Positions 16,001 to 24,041 of a stretch of DNA of 30,687 nt are shown here, piece after piece. Position 1 is the stretch's first letter. Every line of letters begins with the position of its first letter. A program made the position numbers and the translations under genes. The notes under the pieces were generated by a model. That model ran no database searches. It was not told the DNA's origin and worked only from the letters and a program-made list of their open reading frames with translations. Source of the stretch: Saprospiraceae bacterium (lineage in GTDB: Bacteria; Bacteroidota; Bacteroidia; Chitinophagales; Saprospiraceae); NCBI GenBank assembly GCA_043718855.1, contig JAYSUY010000859.1, positions 1 through 30,687 on the forward strand. The letters are read 5' to 3'.

Positions 16001-16384
16001 AATACGCCTACTGGCCCCGTACTGAAACCCATCGCCGAAGGCCAAAAACTCAAGCGCGGCGACCGGGTGAAGGTGCGCATCGAAATCCGGGTAGACCGGG
16101 CGATGGAGTACGTCCACCTGAAAGACATGCGGGCGGCGGGCTTCGAGCCGATCAACGTGCTGAGCCAGTACAAGTGGCAAGACGGCCTCGGCTACTACGA
16201 AAGCACGAAGGATTTGGCGACCCACTTTTTTATCGACTATCTGCCGCGCGGCACTTTCGTGTTCGAGTACCCGATGGTGGTGAGCCACCGGGGCGACATG
16301 AGCAACGGGGTGACGACTATGCAGTGTATGTACGCGCCGGAGTTTGCGAGCCACTCGAAGGGAGTGCGCATTAAGGTGGAATGA
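10043..16384 (+). CDS. Bacterial alpha-2-macroglobulin, lipoprotein (2113 aa)
   Basis: Lipobox LFAC, MG2 motif FTDRSIYRPGQTVYFK, ETVFFFPEL...LTRWK after the bait region, thioester CAEQ at 14711-14722, C-terminal DMRAAGFEP...APEF. Confidence 0.95.
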   Translation: MPSHLFNRRPLAVGFLPLALGLLLFACKTGTRTDQPNTAVKDKTRTDMTLTPLPTPPPGSDYADEWRIVDSLQNQGLLKSALEKVETIEARARIDSKPAQVLKALIFRGKFITGLEEDGIVKAIELFEKNTAEAKQPERAVLQSLTAELYTTYLRNQGWRIRNRTEAPPSPPDGGETGTPNPTGEPKSGASSPPTGGPGGAWLLTASAAQIERRALDLYAASVEPLAPVLSAPAEGFRDILTPGLNDSISGKPLRPGLYDLLADRAIQHFRNERNYLTQPAYAFLLDQPEAFAPVADFLKIKFESQDLTSGKWLAVKAFQKVLSQYAATGAGQGNASASIAADLARLQFAQNTSSLDNKNALYARALEALHQQHRDHPMDGEIVWNMAHHLVYGTEATDKEKGANARSAVALLEDVLLRHPGTYGAQQCQVLLREIQAASMQTEIEKVGLPGRSLLVSLGFANLKAAYVRVVRISSDPADWEKIRRSDPEFNEQKWLKSQKPVQTRTWRITDPGDYQQHRTEIALEPLPVGSYWLLVSGNADFDAPDTHPEAFTAFTVSNLASVSYSQQGKTSFVAMDRTTGAPLAGVKFDFYHQDYRSGREERRFVGSATSGTDGFAAANIPENMVYDARASLGNDTLWAGQASNYDHRDNYQPQPQAQFFTDRSIYRPGQTVYFKAVAYQLVKTDGKQLPQILANQKVTARFYDTNGQPKATLELRSNEFGTFNGAFAAPASGLTGGMSIRCDELQGQADFSVEEYKRPKFEVTTKPIEGAFRVNDKITLRGEAKNYAGSAVGDAQVRYRVTRQARYPMWDWGWMRRPNYSVSEQEITSGIATTDANGAFSVEFQALPDPAVAKKDQPIFDYQVSVDVTDITGETRSATATVSAGYAALQMAWVLPNDADLDSLSKTLIVATNMAGQPQSVVGEITLQRLVAPKSLYISRYWEKPDLATIPKSDFTRLFPDYAFMDEDDPMKWGREDFTRSVPFNTATSKTADLNGGRIQPGYYLVKLTTKDSYGEAVTLEKVVRVFDSKKPATRFTTPDNFVEKNTLEPGQTARIWMGSQAPLMHVLLARHQSVGAEKPRWLPVRGAEKVEIPVTEADRGGIVLHGVTVLNNRIYGPGQIRVEVPWSNKDLSISYETFRDKLAPGQREEWRIKISGPKKDRVAAEMVAAMYDASLDQFQPHEWRRIGFPLNAPSDRFGTNWDFQAEQGYGQVFQEQDMLMPSRNYRQINWFDFPFWGGGVVYAMKTMARSNAPEQAGEEMLQMSDMAVVDALASAAGGMAPPKAKYEDIASTFDPEAGEVHIVKNKLVPPPPAPIRRNLNETVFFFPELRTDAEGNVVLKFTMNEALTRWKLLTYAHTKDLQQALSVKEVVTQKELMVIANAPRFLRAGDEFEFAAKVSNLSQEAINGGTATLSLLDANTLQPVEKDFGLTAITRVNNFNIPAGQSAPLAWRVRIPADFAGAVTWQISADGKKFRDGEESTLPVVTNRMLVTETLPISVRGGQTKTFVFDNLKNAPTGNNSSLITHNYTLEFSSNPAWYAVQSLPYLMEFPHECAEQMFSRFYANTLAASVVEKMPNIKRIYERWKTANGGAALKSNLSKNQELKSALLEETPWVMDAQNEEQQKQNIALLFDLNRMSDERERVLGVLTERQNGDGSWSWFPGGPGNWHITQHIVSGFGHLAKLGALDAQKDQRTAEMLEKALDYCETKMNEQYRELEKQVQAGKAKFEDDHLDGMVIQYLYARSFFIAPVDKPSRPLAYYLDQSEKYWLSKGLYQEGMLSLALHRAGRAEAAQRIVASLRERATMKEELGMYWPTDWGFYWYQLPVETQALMVEVFGEVANDQKSVEELRIWLLKNKQTNRWESTKATAEAVYALLLGSDFKSSPADSKSSPANWLNNTKPVQISMGGKALKISEYEPGTGYFKQNWPGKEVKPSWAEIKVENPNSNIAWGAAYWQYFEDLDKIKDFKKTPLTIVKQLFLEENTPTGPVLKPIAEGQKLKRGDRVKVRIEIRVDRAMEYVHLKDMRAAGFEPINVLSQYKWQDGLGYYESTKDLATHFFIDYLPRGTFVFEYPMVVSHRGDMSNGVTTMQCMYAPEFASHSKGVRIKVE
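10064..10119 (+). repeat. Eight tandem degenerate heptamers inside the A2M signal-peptide coding region
   Basis: cgtaggc ccttggc cgttggc tttttgc cgttggc ccttggc cttttgc ttttcgc. Confidence 0.7.
10539..10646. repeat. 108-bp cruciform palindromic element inserted in frame in A2M
   Basis: Terminal inverted repeats AAGCCCCCCCCAGCCCCCCC / GGGGGGGCCGGGGGGGGCTT (19/20), internal hairpins C7-GAT-G7 and C7-AAC-G7. Encodes a Pro/Gly-rich insert. Confidence 0.8.
15692..15733 (+). repeat. 21-nt in-frame tandem duplication in A2M
   Basis: gatttcaaatcctcaccagca / gattccaaatcctcaccagcc (19/21), encoding DFKSSPA DSKSSPA. Confidence 0.8.
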
Positions 16385-16410
16385 TAAATGAGGAAGATTT
16401 GACAACTTTT

Positions 16411-16445
16411 GCGAACGCGCCTGCTGGCTCAGCAGGCGCGTTCGC
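16411..16445 (+). terminator. Perfect 16-bp hairpin after A2M (terminator or REP-like)
   Basis: GCGAACGCGCCTGCTG-GCT-CAGCAGGCGCGTTCGC followed by TCATTTT. Confidence 0.7.
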
Positions 16446-16504
16446 TCATTTTAGCGCAAGCCTTTGCCCGCGCCTCCGTACTTTTTCGGCCTAAAACTTC
16501 TGGC

Positions 16505-18577
16505 ATGAAAAAGCAACTCCTCCTCTCTCTTGCGCTGCTCCTGTGCTGCGCCCGTCTCTTCGCCCAGTGGCAGCACATCCCCGGCCCCGATGGAGGGCTG
16601 GTCATCAATCTCGATACCGATGGAAGTCTGCTGTACGCGCTTACTACAACCAGTATCTACCGCAGCGACGATGAGGGCTACCACTGGCAGGTGATGGAAG
16701 GCTCGCACCACGCGGGCCGGGCGATTGGGCGTTTGGTGGTCGAAAACGGCGTTTTTTACGGAAAAAACTATGACGGAGAGGTGCTGCGCAGCAGTGACGG
16801 CGGTCAGACGTGGCAAGCGGTTTTGAAAAAACCCTACCCCATCACTGCACCCGGCGAGGTGCTGTACGAGGTGTTTGCCAAAGGCGACACGGTGCTGGTG
16901 AGCAGTGCCTTCACGATTTACAGGTCGGTGGATCGGGGGGAGACTTGGGCGGCGACGGGGGATTTGTTTGGGTATGGCCACAGCAACATTTTTTCTGCCG
17001 GGCCAGAATTGATGGCTTGGAGCGGGCGCAACATCCATCGGTCATCGGATGGGGGGCGGAGCTGGAAGCGGGTATTCAGCATAGCCACTAACTTTCATGC
17101 TGTGGGTTATGCCAACGGGTACGTTTTTGCGCTTTACAACAATACCAACAGGGTGGTGCGCAGTAAGGATGGGCTTAGGACTTGGGATGTGATTGACACT
17201 GATTCCATCAATTTTTCACCTCAAAGACCACAAATTTTGGGAGATGGGAAGCGCACTTACTACATCAACCGAGGCCAGTACTGCTCAGGAAACTATGCCT
17301 ACTCCGATGACCGTGGACTGACGTGGCACTCCAAAGTTTGGGAGCAAGCGATTCCCGTATCAGTGCGGGACATCGTTTCCTTCGACGATCATCTGGTGTT
17401 GGCTCACCGACTGGGCATTAGCCATTCCACAGATCAATTAGAGACCCTGACGCACGAGCAAAGTGGCTTGGGCGCATCTCATGTGTACAGCATCTTTCCG
17501 GGGGAGCGCAACTTGGCGATCAACGCTTATCCGTTTGCCCAAATCTCTGACAACACAGGCGGCCAGTGGCGCAACCTCCTTCCGATCAATGCCGACCCCT
17601 GCTACGGAGGGCCAACCATACAAGGCACGCGCCAGCGGTGGTTTTTGACAGAGGAAGATGGTTGGGTGAATTTATTTTCAGAAGACGAAGGGGCGACTTG
17701 GCAGCAGTTGCCGCAACCCTTGAAGAATCTGACGGCATCTTCAGAAAATTGTCTGTGGGAAATGGAGGCTTACATCAGGAGGTGGTGCGACGGAGAAACC
17801 GATCCCGCCCAAGTTTCAACAGATGGGGTGGAGTATGAAAGTTTGCGCGCATTCGGCCAGCATATTTTAGCTCAAACCTACGACCGTCATGTAATTTTTG
17901 ACGAACAAGGCCAACTCGTGGACCGTATCCCGTTTTCACCTTGCCCCTTAACTGGTTTCGGTGCCCTAAGCGGGTACATCCACTTCGACGGCCACCACCT
18001 CTTCCACTTCTGCGACCAAAACACCTACATTTTCAAAGAAAACGCCACCGATTGGGAAGAAATCTACCCCCAAGACTGGACGACCGGCATCCCGCTCTAC
18101 CACAGCCGGATCACCGCCATCGCCACCCATCAGGGCGTGACTTGGGCCGCACTGGAAGGCAAGGGCCTCTTCTACACGACCGATGCCACCGGGCGGTTTT
18201 ACCCCGCGCAGCCCCAACTGCCCTACCCGTACCCGACGGCCATTTCGTTCCGAGACAACACCATCTGGGTCGGCACGGACGGCGGCGGCATCTACCATAT
18301 AACCCTCCCGCCCGGGCAGGCCGAGGCTGCCGGAAAGCCCACCTTCCAATGCTCGCCCAACCCCTCCGACGGGCGGCTGCGCCTCATGGCCGACGTGTTT
18401 TTTACCGAGGAAATACCGCTCGAAGTGCTGGACGTATCGGGGAAATCGGTGGCTTCCCAAATACTCTCCCCCGGACGGGCTTGGGACTTGGATTTCCCGA
18501 ATTTGCCGCAAGGCTTGTATCTGCTGATGCTGCGAACCGGCGTAGGTACCCTGGGGTTAAAGTGGGTCGTGTATTGA
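16505..18577 (+). CDS. T9SS-secreted Asp-box (BNR) beta-propeller protein, Vps10/YCF48-like (690 aa)
   Basis: Signal peptide MKKQLLLSLALLLCCARLFA|Q. Repeated S-x-D-x-G-x-x-W boxes (SDDEGYHW, SSDGGQTW, SVDRGETW, SSDGGRSW, SDDRGLTW, SEDEGATW). Type-A T9SS CTD (PNPSDG...LDVSGKSV...LPQGLYLL...K). Confidence 0.85.
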   Translation: MKKQLLLSLALLLCCARLFAQWQHIPGPDGGLVINLDTDGSLLYALTTTSIYRSDDEGYHWQVMEGSHHAGRAIGRLVVENGVFYGKNYDGEVLRSSDGGQTWQAVLKKPYPITAPGEVLYEVFAKGDTVLVSSAFTIYRSVDRGETWAATGDLFGYGHSNIFSAGPELMAWSGRNIHRSSDGGRSWKRVFSIATNFHAVGYANGYVFALYNNTNRVVRSKDGLRTWDVIDTDSINFSPQRPQILGDGKRTYYINRGQYCSGNYAYSDDRGLTWHSKVWEQAIPVSVRDIVSFDDHLVLAHRLGISHSTDQLETLTHEQSGLGASHVYSIFPGERNLAINAYPFAQISDNTGGQWRNLLPINADPCYGGPTIQGTRQRWFLTEEDGWVNLFSEDEGATWQQLPQPLKNLTASSENCLWEMEAYIRRWCDGETDPAQVSTDGVEYESLRAFGQHILAQTYDRHVIFDEQGQLVDRIPFSPCPLTGFGALSGYIHFDGHHLFHFCDQNTYIFKENATDWEEIYPQDWTTGIPLYHSRITAIATHQGVTWAALEGKGLFYTTDATGRFYPAQPQLPYPYPTAISFRDNTIWVGTDGGGIYHITLPPGQAEAAGKPTFQCSPNPSDGRLRLMADVFFTEEIPLEVLDVSGKSVASQILSPGRAWDLDFPNLPQGLYLLMLRTGVGTLGLKWVVY

Positions 18578-18734
18578 TGCTACGGCCGCTGCCCGAGCGC
18601 ACCTCCACACCGCGCACTTGCCGCTCAAGGCATTCGAGGGAAAAAATACCCGTCAAAACTTTTTTTAACACAGTGAGCAACGTTCCTTTGCCCTTAGAAA
18701 AATCAAATTTTTTTCACTAAAACGTAAAAAAGAC

Positions 18735-18974
18735 ATGGCAACTGTAGCCGAACGTGTTACGAAAATTATTGTTGACAAACTTGGAGTGGAAGCGAGCGAA
18801 GTGAAAGCAGAAGCTAACTTCATCAATGACTTGGGCGCAGACTCGCTCGATACTGTTGAACTCATCATGGAGTTCGAGAAGGAGTTCGACGTGTCCATCC
18901 CGGATGAACAGGCAGAGAAGATCACGACGGTCGGCCAGGCCATCGATTATCTGGAAGCACAAGTAAACGCTTGA
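18735..18974 (+). CDS. acpP: Acyl carrier protein
   Basis: [20 protein letters not shown] phosphopantetheine motif. Confidence 0.98.
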   Translation: MATVAERVTKIIVDKLGVEASEVKAEANFINDLGADSLDTVELIMEFEKEFDVSIPDEQAEKITTVGQAIDYLEAQVNA

Positions 18975-19016
18975 TATTAGGCTCCTGTCACACCTCTTTA
19001 CCCGGTTTGTCCCATG

Positions 19017-19059
19017 AGCGGTTCAAGGCTGACACAGCTTTGAACCGCTTGCTTTTTTT
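19017..19059 (+). terminator. Intrinsic terminator between acpP and fabF
   Basis: AGCGGTTCAAGGCTG-ACA-CAGCTTTGAACCGCT stem, then TTTTTTT (19053-19059). Confidence 0.8.
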
Positions 19060-19111
19060 GCGGTTACCTTGCAATCATGCCGAGCGTTTACCTTAGCTCA
19101 AAATTGACATT

Positions 19112-20353
19112 ATGAAACGAGTCGTCGTCACCGGCTTAGGTGCCATTACTCCTATCGGCAACAACATTCCTGCCTACCTCGAAGGCCTGCAGCGCGGTAT
19201 CAGCGGTGCTGGGCCGATCACTCAATTTGACACCGCACAGTTCAAGACCAAGTTCGCCTGTGAGGTAAAAGGTTTTGTCCCAGAGGATTTTATGGACAGA
19301 AAAGAGGTGCGGCGCATCGACCGCTTCACGCAATTTGCGCTCGTGGCTGCGGGTGAAGGCTTGCGCGACTCTGGTCTTGACCTTGGATCCATCAACAAAC
19401 AGCGCGTCGGCGTGATCTGGGCCTCCGGCATCGGCGGCCTCCATACCCTCGAAAAGGAAATTGAGGAGCATGTGCTGGGTACAGGTGCGCCTCGACACAA
19501 CCCTTTCCTGATTCCCAAAATGATCACCAACATGGGTGCTGGTATGATTAGCATCCAGTATGGCTTCATGGGTATCAACTACGCTACCGTGTCGGCTTGC
19601 GCCTCGTCCTCCCACGCCATCATCAATGCTGCTGATTACATCCGGCTCGGCAAAGCCGATATCATGGTGGCTGGTGGCTCCGAAGCGACCATCGCCAAGA
19701 CAGCCGTTGGCGGCTTCAACAACATGAAAGCCATGAGCGAGCGCAACGATGACCCGCAAACAGCCTCTCGGCCTTACGACCGCGACCGCGACGGTTTTGT
19801 GTTGGGTGAAGGCGGTGCAGCGCTCATTTTGGAAGAATATGAACACGCTAAGCGACGTGGCGCGCGCATCTATGCCGAGTACATGGGCGGTGCGATGACC
19901 AACGACGCTTACCACATCAGCGCACCACACCCCGAAGGCATCGGAGTGATCGCGGTGATGAACCTCGTGCTACAGGAAGCCGGGCTAAGGGCCGATGAAA
20001 TAGATTACATCAACACGCACGGCACATCCACCCCGTTGGGCGATGTGGCTGAGTTGAAAGCCATCAGCAAGGTGTTTGGCCAAGCTGCTGGCCGTCTCAA
20101 CGTTTCATCCACCAAAAGTATGACTGGCCACTTGCTGGGCGCAGCAGGCGCAGTGGAGGCTGCCGCAAGCATCCTTGCCATGCAGCACGATTTCGTGCCG
20201 CCCACCATCAACCATTTCACGGATGATCCAGAAATTGACCCGGTGTTCAACCTCACGTTCAACGAAGCCCAACAGCGGAAAGTCAAGGCCATTCTCAGCA
20301 ATACGTTCGGATTCGGCGGACACAATGCGTCCATCATTTTTAAGCAGGCCTGA
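19112..20353 (+). CDS. fabF: 3-oxoacyl-ACP synthase II
   Basis: SACASS (catalytic Cys), NTHGTST, GHLLGAAG and FGFGGHNA motifs. Confidence 0.97.
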   Translation: MKRVVVTGLGAITPIGNNIPAYLEGLQRGISGAGPITQFDTAQFKTKFACEVKGFVPEDFMDRKEVRRIDRFTQFALVAAGEGLRDSGLDLGSINKQRVGVIWASGIGGLHTLEKEIEEHVLGTGAPRHNPFLIPKMITNMGAGMISIQYGFMGINYATVSACASSSHAIINAADYIRLGKADIMVAGGSEATIAKTAVGGFNNMKAMSERNDDPQTASRPYDRDRDGFVLGEGGAALILEEYEHAKRRGARIYAEYMGGAMTNDAYHISAPHPEGIGVIAVMNLVLQEAGLRADEIDYINTHGTSTPLGDVAELKAISKVFGQAAGRLNVSSTKSMTGHLLGAAGAVEAAASILAMQHDFVPPTINHFTDDPEIDPVFNLTFNEAQQRKVKAILSNTFGFGGHNASIIFKQA

Positions 20354-20363
20354 CATATCTGAA

Positions 20364-20399
20364 CACCTCGCCTAAGGCCCACAGGCTTTAGGCGAGGTG
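20364..20399 (+). promoter_or_regulatory. 16-bp hairpin in the fabF-rnc spacer (REP-like or RNase III site)
   Basis: CACCTCGCCTAAGGCC-CACA-GGCTTTAGGCGAGGTG with no immediate U-tract. Confidence 0.5.
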
Positions 20400-20424
20400 C
20401 GGCGGTGTTTTGCAAATTCGTTTT

Positions 20425-21201
20425 ATGAAGTTAGTCCGGCGTTTTTACAACCGCTATTTCCACCCTGAAAAAGACTTGGCCAATCGGCTGCGCTTGTTGT
20501 TGGGGTTCACCCCAGCACACTTGCAGCTGTTCAAGCTGGCTTTTTACCACAAAAGTTCGTTCGCCACCCGCGACTATGCCATCTCCAACAACGAGCGACT
20601 CGAATTTCTCGGCGATGCCGTGCTGAGTACCATCGTGGGTGAATACCTGTTCAAAAAATACCCCAACTCTGACGAAGGTTTTTTGACCAAAATGCGCTCC
20701 AAAATAGTGAAGCGCAACTCGCTCGACGACATTGCCGACAAGATGGGCCTCGACCTGTTTTTGGCTGATTACAACTCCACGCGCCTCTCCAAATCCATGC
20801 TCGGCAATGCGCTGGAGGCACTCGTAGGGGCGGTGTACATCGAGTTGGGATACGACAAAACGAAACATTACGTCATCCGCCGGGTGCTGCGCCGCTACCT
20901 CGACATCCACGAACTGGAACTCTACGACGACAACTTCAAGAGCCAACTCTTGGAGTGGTGCCAGAAGAACGGGCGACAGATCGAGTACAAAGTGGTGGCG
21001 AAGTACAAAAGCGAGAAGCGCGATAAGTTCAAAGTCGCCGTTCTCGTGGACGGCAAGAAACTCGGCACTGCCGATGATTTCAACAAGAAAAGTGCGGAAC
21101 AACTGGCCAGCGAGCGGGCCATGACGGCTCTGGGAATGTTCAACGAGCACGGCCTACCGACCATCATGCCCGAACACGCGGAGGAGGACAGGTCGGAGTG
21201 A
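20425..21201 (+). CDS. rnc: Ribonuclease III (258 aa; TTG 20410 alternative)
   Basis: NERLEFLGDAVL signature, NALEALVGAVY, C-terminal dsRBD (NFKSQLLEWCQ...KKSAEQLAS). Confidence 0.97.
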   Translation: MKLVRRFYNRYFHPEKDLANRLRLLLGFTPAHLQLFKLAFYHKSSFATRDYAISNNERLEFLGDAVLSTIVGEYLFKKYPNSDEGFLTKMRSKIVKRNSLDDIADKMGLDLFLADYNSTRLSKSMLGNALEALVGAVYIELGYDKTKHYVIRRVLRRYLDIHELELYDDNFKSQLLEWCQKNGRQIEYKVVAKYKSEKRDKFKVAVLVDGKKLGTADDFNKKSAEQLASERAMTALGMFNEHGLPTIMPEHAEEDRSE

Positions 21202-21205
21202 AGTT

Positions 21206-21252
21206 ATGAGTTATGAGGTGACACGCCAGATAACTCATCCCTCATAACTCAT
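21206..21252. terminator. Hairpin built from ATGAGTT-type heptamers between convergent genes
   Basis: ATGAGTTATGAGG (21206-21218) / CCTCATAACTCAT (21240-21252), a perfect 13-bp match. Confidence 0.55.
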
Positions 21253-21259
21253 CCCCGCG

Positions 21260-23137
21260 CTATTCTTCCAGTATCGGCAACAGCACTTCCACCCGTGTCC
21301 CCGTCCGTTGCCCTTGGCTCATTTCCCCGATATCTGTGATCTGGATAAACTCGCCCGACACCTTGCGGTGTATCTGGTGCAGCAGTTGGAGCCGGTCGCG
21401 GGTGATCTCCATGCCACGCGAGCGATGTTTCTGAAAATCAGGTCTTTCTGATTGTTTCTCTCGGCCTATGTTGTAGCCCACGCCGTCATCCTCAATGATG
21501 CAGCGCATCGTATCATCGTCGTCTCCAGGCAAGAATTCTACGCGAAGCAAGCCAGCCTGCCGTGGGCGGATACCATGTTCGATGGCGTTTTCGACAAAAG
21601 GCTGGATGATCATGGTCGGCACCGAGATGTCGTTCTGGTCGAGGTCAGGCGACACGAAAATCTGAAAATCAAGCCGCTCGCGGAAGCGCAACTTGCGGTT
21701 GATCTCTAAGTAGCGCTCCAGAAATTCGATTTCTTGCTCCATGTCCACCACTTCCAACTCGGAGTATTCGAGCGTATGGCGCATCATGCGGGCAAATTTG
21801 GCCAAGTATGTCTCTGCCTCGTTGTTGCGCCCGGAAGTGATCAGCCCTTGAATGGCGTTCAGCACATTGAACAAAAAATGGGGGTTCATCTGTGCTCGGA
21901 GGGCGCGAAGTTGAAGGCCTGACACCCGAAGACGAGCCATCTGCGCCTCCTGTCTGCTGCGTTCCAGTTGATGGCGCACTTCAATCTCTTCGCGGTCACG
22001 ATCGCGCAGTTGGAGATAATGTTCGGCTGTATAATCCGTAGCCAGTAGTTGCCAGCGGTAGGCCTCTGCATAGTCGTCCAACTCTTCATTCACCTTCGCC
22101 ATCGTGCCACAAATTTGTTCAAGGTGAAACAAATCTTGACCTTCCAACCCGATGGCGTAGGCTTTTTTGAGCAGCTCGTGCGCGCCAGTGTAGTCGCCCG
22201 ATTGAGTGAGCAACCCAGCGCGATAACTCTCGATTTTGGAGAGGTTGGTAAAATCCGACGGTTTCATCGGGTTTTCATAGAGCGCAGAGGCTTGATCGAA
22301 AAGCATTCTCGCTCGACCTGCCTCACCCGTAACGCTGGCGATGATGCCAAGGTTGGCGAGCGCGTGGGTACGGGCCTCGGCATCGCCTTCGCCCGCGTAG
22401 CGCAGTACGCCCTCAAAACTAGCACGGGCCGACGCAAAATCTTTGCCTGCGTACGCGACGCGCCCAGCACTGAGGTAGTGCCAAGCCAATCGGGGGCGCA
22501 AGTGATGGCGCTCCACGATGGGCAACACACTCCTGAAGGCTTGCAGACTTTTGTCCATCTCGTTCACCCGCTCGTACAAGTCGCCCAGGCCACTGAGTGT
22601 CAGGGTAAGCAGATAAAAATCTTTGAGTGGTGCGTCATCTCGCAGGTCGGTCAACTGTTCGTTGGCTTTCAACAAGCGGTCGAGCGCATCATTGGTGTTG
22701 CCAAGATGGAGGTGCAAGAAGCCTTCGCGGCAGTCGATGTGCGCGAGGAGGCGGGCTGGAGTGGTGTCGTTGAGGTAAAGTCGGGCTTGATCGAGACACT
22801 CCTGAGCGGACTGCCAATCGCGGCAATTGAGGTGCACAGCAGCACTATCGGCCCACATTTCCACCAGCCCAGGGTGGTCAGCGAGACTTTCGAGGATGGC
22901 GATGGCTTGCTGGCAATGGCTTTGCGCCCGCTCGTAGTGTTGCCACTGGTTTTCCAAAAATGCCGCACTCCGGTGAAACGACAGGCGCAACTCGAAGGGC
23001 GCACGAGGCCCAATTTGGTCCGCCAACTCGATCAGCGCACCGCGTGCACGGTCAAAATCAGTGAACGCCCAGTGTGCGAGGTTGTCGCACAAGCGTCGGA
23101 GCGCAACCGGTGAGGCATGTAAGGTGGAGATAGACAT
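21260..23137 (-). CDS. TPR-repeat sensor with LytS/YehU-type histidine kinase (His_kinase + HATPase)
   Basis: LRAQMNPHFLFNVLNAI, LEQEIEFLERYL, IQPFVENAIEHG, IEDDGVG, SRGMEI and GTRV boxes. N-terminal TPR-like helices. No TM or signal peptide visible. Confidence 0.88.
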   Translation of the reverse strand: MSISTLHASPVALRRLCDNLAHWAFTDFDRARGALIELADQIGPRAPFELRLSFHRSAAFLENQWQHYERAQSHCQQAIAILESLADHPGLVEMWADSAAVHLNCRDWQSAQECLDQARLYLNDTTPARLLAHIDCREGFLHLHLGNTNDALDRLLKANEQLTDLRDDAPLKDFYLLTLTLSGLGDLYERVNEMDKSLQAFRSVLPIVERHHLRPRLAWHYLSAGRVAYAGKDFASARASFEGVLRYAGEGDAEARTHALANLGIIASVTGEAGRARMLFDQASALYENPMKPSDFTNLSKIESYRAGLLTQSGDYTGAHELLKKAYAIGLEGQDLFHLEQICGTMAKVNEELDDYAEAYRWQLLATDYTAEHYLQLRDRDREEIEVRHQLERSRQEAQMARLRVSGLQLRALRAQMNPHFLFNVLNAIQGLITSGRNNEAETYLAKFARMMRHTLEYSELEVVDMEQEIEFLERYLEINRKLRFRERLDFQIFVSPDLDQNDISVPTMIIQPFVENAIEHGIRPRQAGLLRVEFLPGDDDDTMRCIIEDDGVGYNIGREKQSERPDFQKHRSRGMEITRDRLQLLHQIHRKVSGEFIQITDIGEMSQGQRTGTRVEVLLPILEE

Positions 23138-23145
23138 ACAGACCC

Positions 23146-23153
23146 CAAAGGTA
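23146..23153 (-). promoter_or_regulatory. Bacteroidota -7 box for the kinase gene
   Basis: TACCTTTG on minus, ending 8 nt before the ATG at 23137. Confidence 0.6.
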
Positions 23154-23289
23154 ACATTACTCTTTGTTCACCAGCATCATCCCATGCTCCACTACATCCG
23201 CCGCCCAAGCCCCTTGCGTGACCCAATTCCCCCCTCCTCGTCCTACCTTCGCCCCCATGCCATCACCCTCACATACAACACATACAACC

Positions 23290-24039
23290 GTGACTAAGAA
23301 ATTCGCTCTCCTCGCACTGTTCACCCGCCGAAGCCTAAGCGTAGGCGGGCTTATCTTCCTGCTCGCCCTCCCCGCTTGCGACACCCTCAAAGAAGTCGCC
23401 AACACCGTACTCTCCGAGCCCAGCCTCGAAGAAATCGGGCGCGGCCTCAAAGATGCCCTCTCCAAAGGTGCCTTGAAAGGTGCCGAATCGCTCGCCCTGC
23501 AAGACGGCTACTTCAAAAGCGCGTACAAAATCCTGCTGCCCGACGAGGCCCGCAAGGTGACTGATAAACTCAAAAACATCCCCGGATTCAGCAATTTGGA
23601 AGGCGAACTGCTCGAAAAAATCAACCGGGGTGCCGAAGATGCAGCCAAAGAAGCCGGCCCCATTTTTCTCGGAGCCATCAAGCAGATGACTTTTCAGGAT
23701 GCGACCAACATCCTGATGGGTGCCGACAACTCCGCTACCGACTACTTGCAGCGCACCACCTCCACCGACCTGTACACCAAGTTCAACCCCAAAATCGTGG
23801 CCTCGCTTGATAAGATTGGCGCGAACAACCTCTGGAAAAAGGCCGCCGATGCCTACAACAAAATTCCGCTCGTCACCAAAATCAACACCGACCTCGACGA
23901 CTATGTGACCAACCAAGCCCTCAAGGGCCTGTTCGGCAAAGTATCAGAGGAAGAGAAAAACATCCGCCGCAACAAACTCGCCCGCACCAGCGACCTGCTC
24001 AAAAAAGTGTTCGCCAAGCAAGACGCGAGCCGCAAGTGA
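23290..24039 (+). CDS. DUF4197 family lipoprotein (start uncertain: GTG 23290 or ATG 23257)
   Basis: Lipobox LPAC. GLKDAL..G, DGYF, KILLP, INRGAEDAA, AIKQMTFQDA..IL.G...ATDYL, LDDYVT..AL.GLF..V..EE..IR match the DUF4197 pattern. Confidence 0.85.
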   Translation: MTKKFALLALFTRRSLSVGGLIFLLALPACDTLKEVANTVLSEPSLEEIGRGLKDALSKGALKGAESLALQDGYFKSAYKILLPDEARKVTDKLKNIPGFSNLEGELLEKINRGAEDAAKEAGPIFLGAIKQMTFQDATNILMGADNSATDYLQRTTSTDLYTKFNPKIVASLDKIGANNLWKKAADAYNKIPLVTKINTDLDDYVTNQALKGLFGKVSEEEKNIRRNKLARTSDLLKKVFAKQDASRK

Positions 24040-24041
24040 CC

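Noticed and set aside
18735-21201. acpP-fabF as a dedicated lipoate or secondary-metabolite partner of the island E1/E2
   Set aside because: acpP-fabF-rnc is the ordinary conserved Bacteroidota core arrangement and lies outside the repeat-bounded block.
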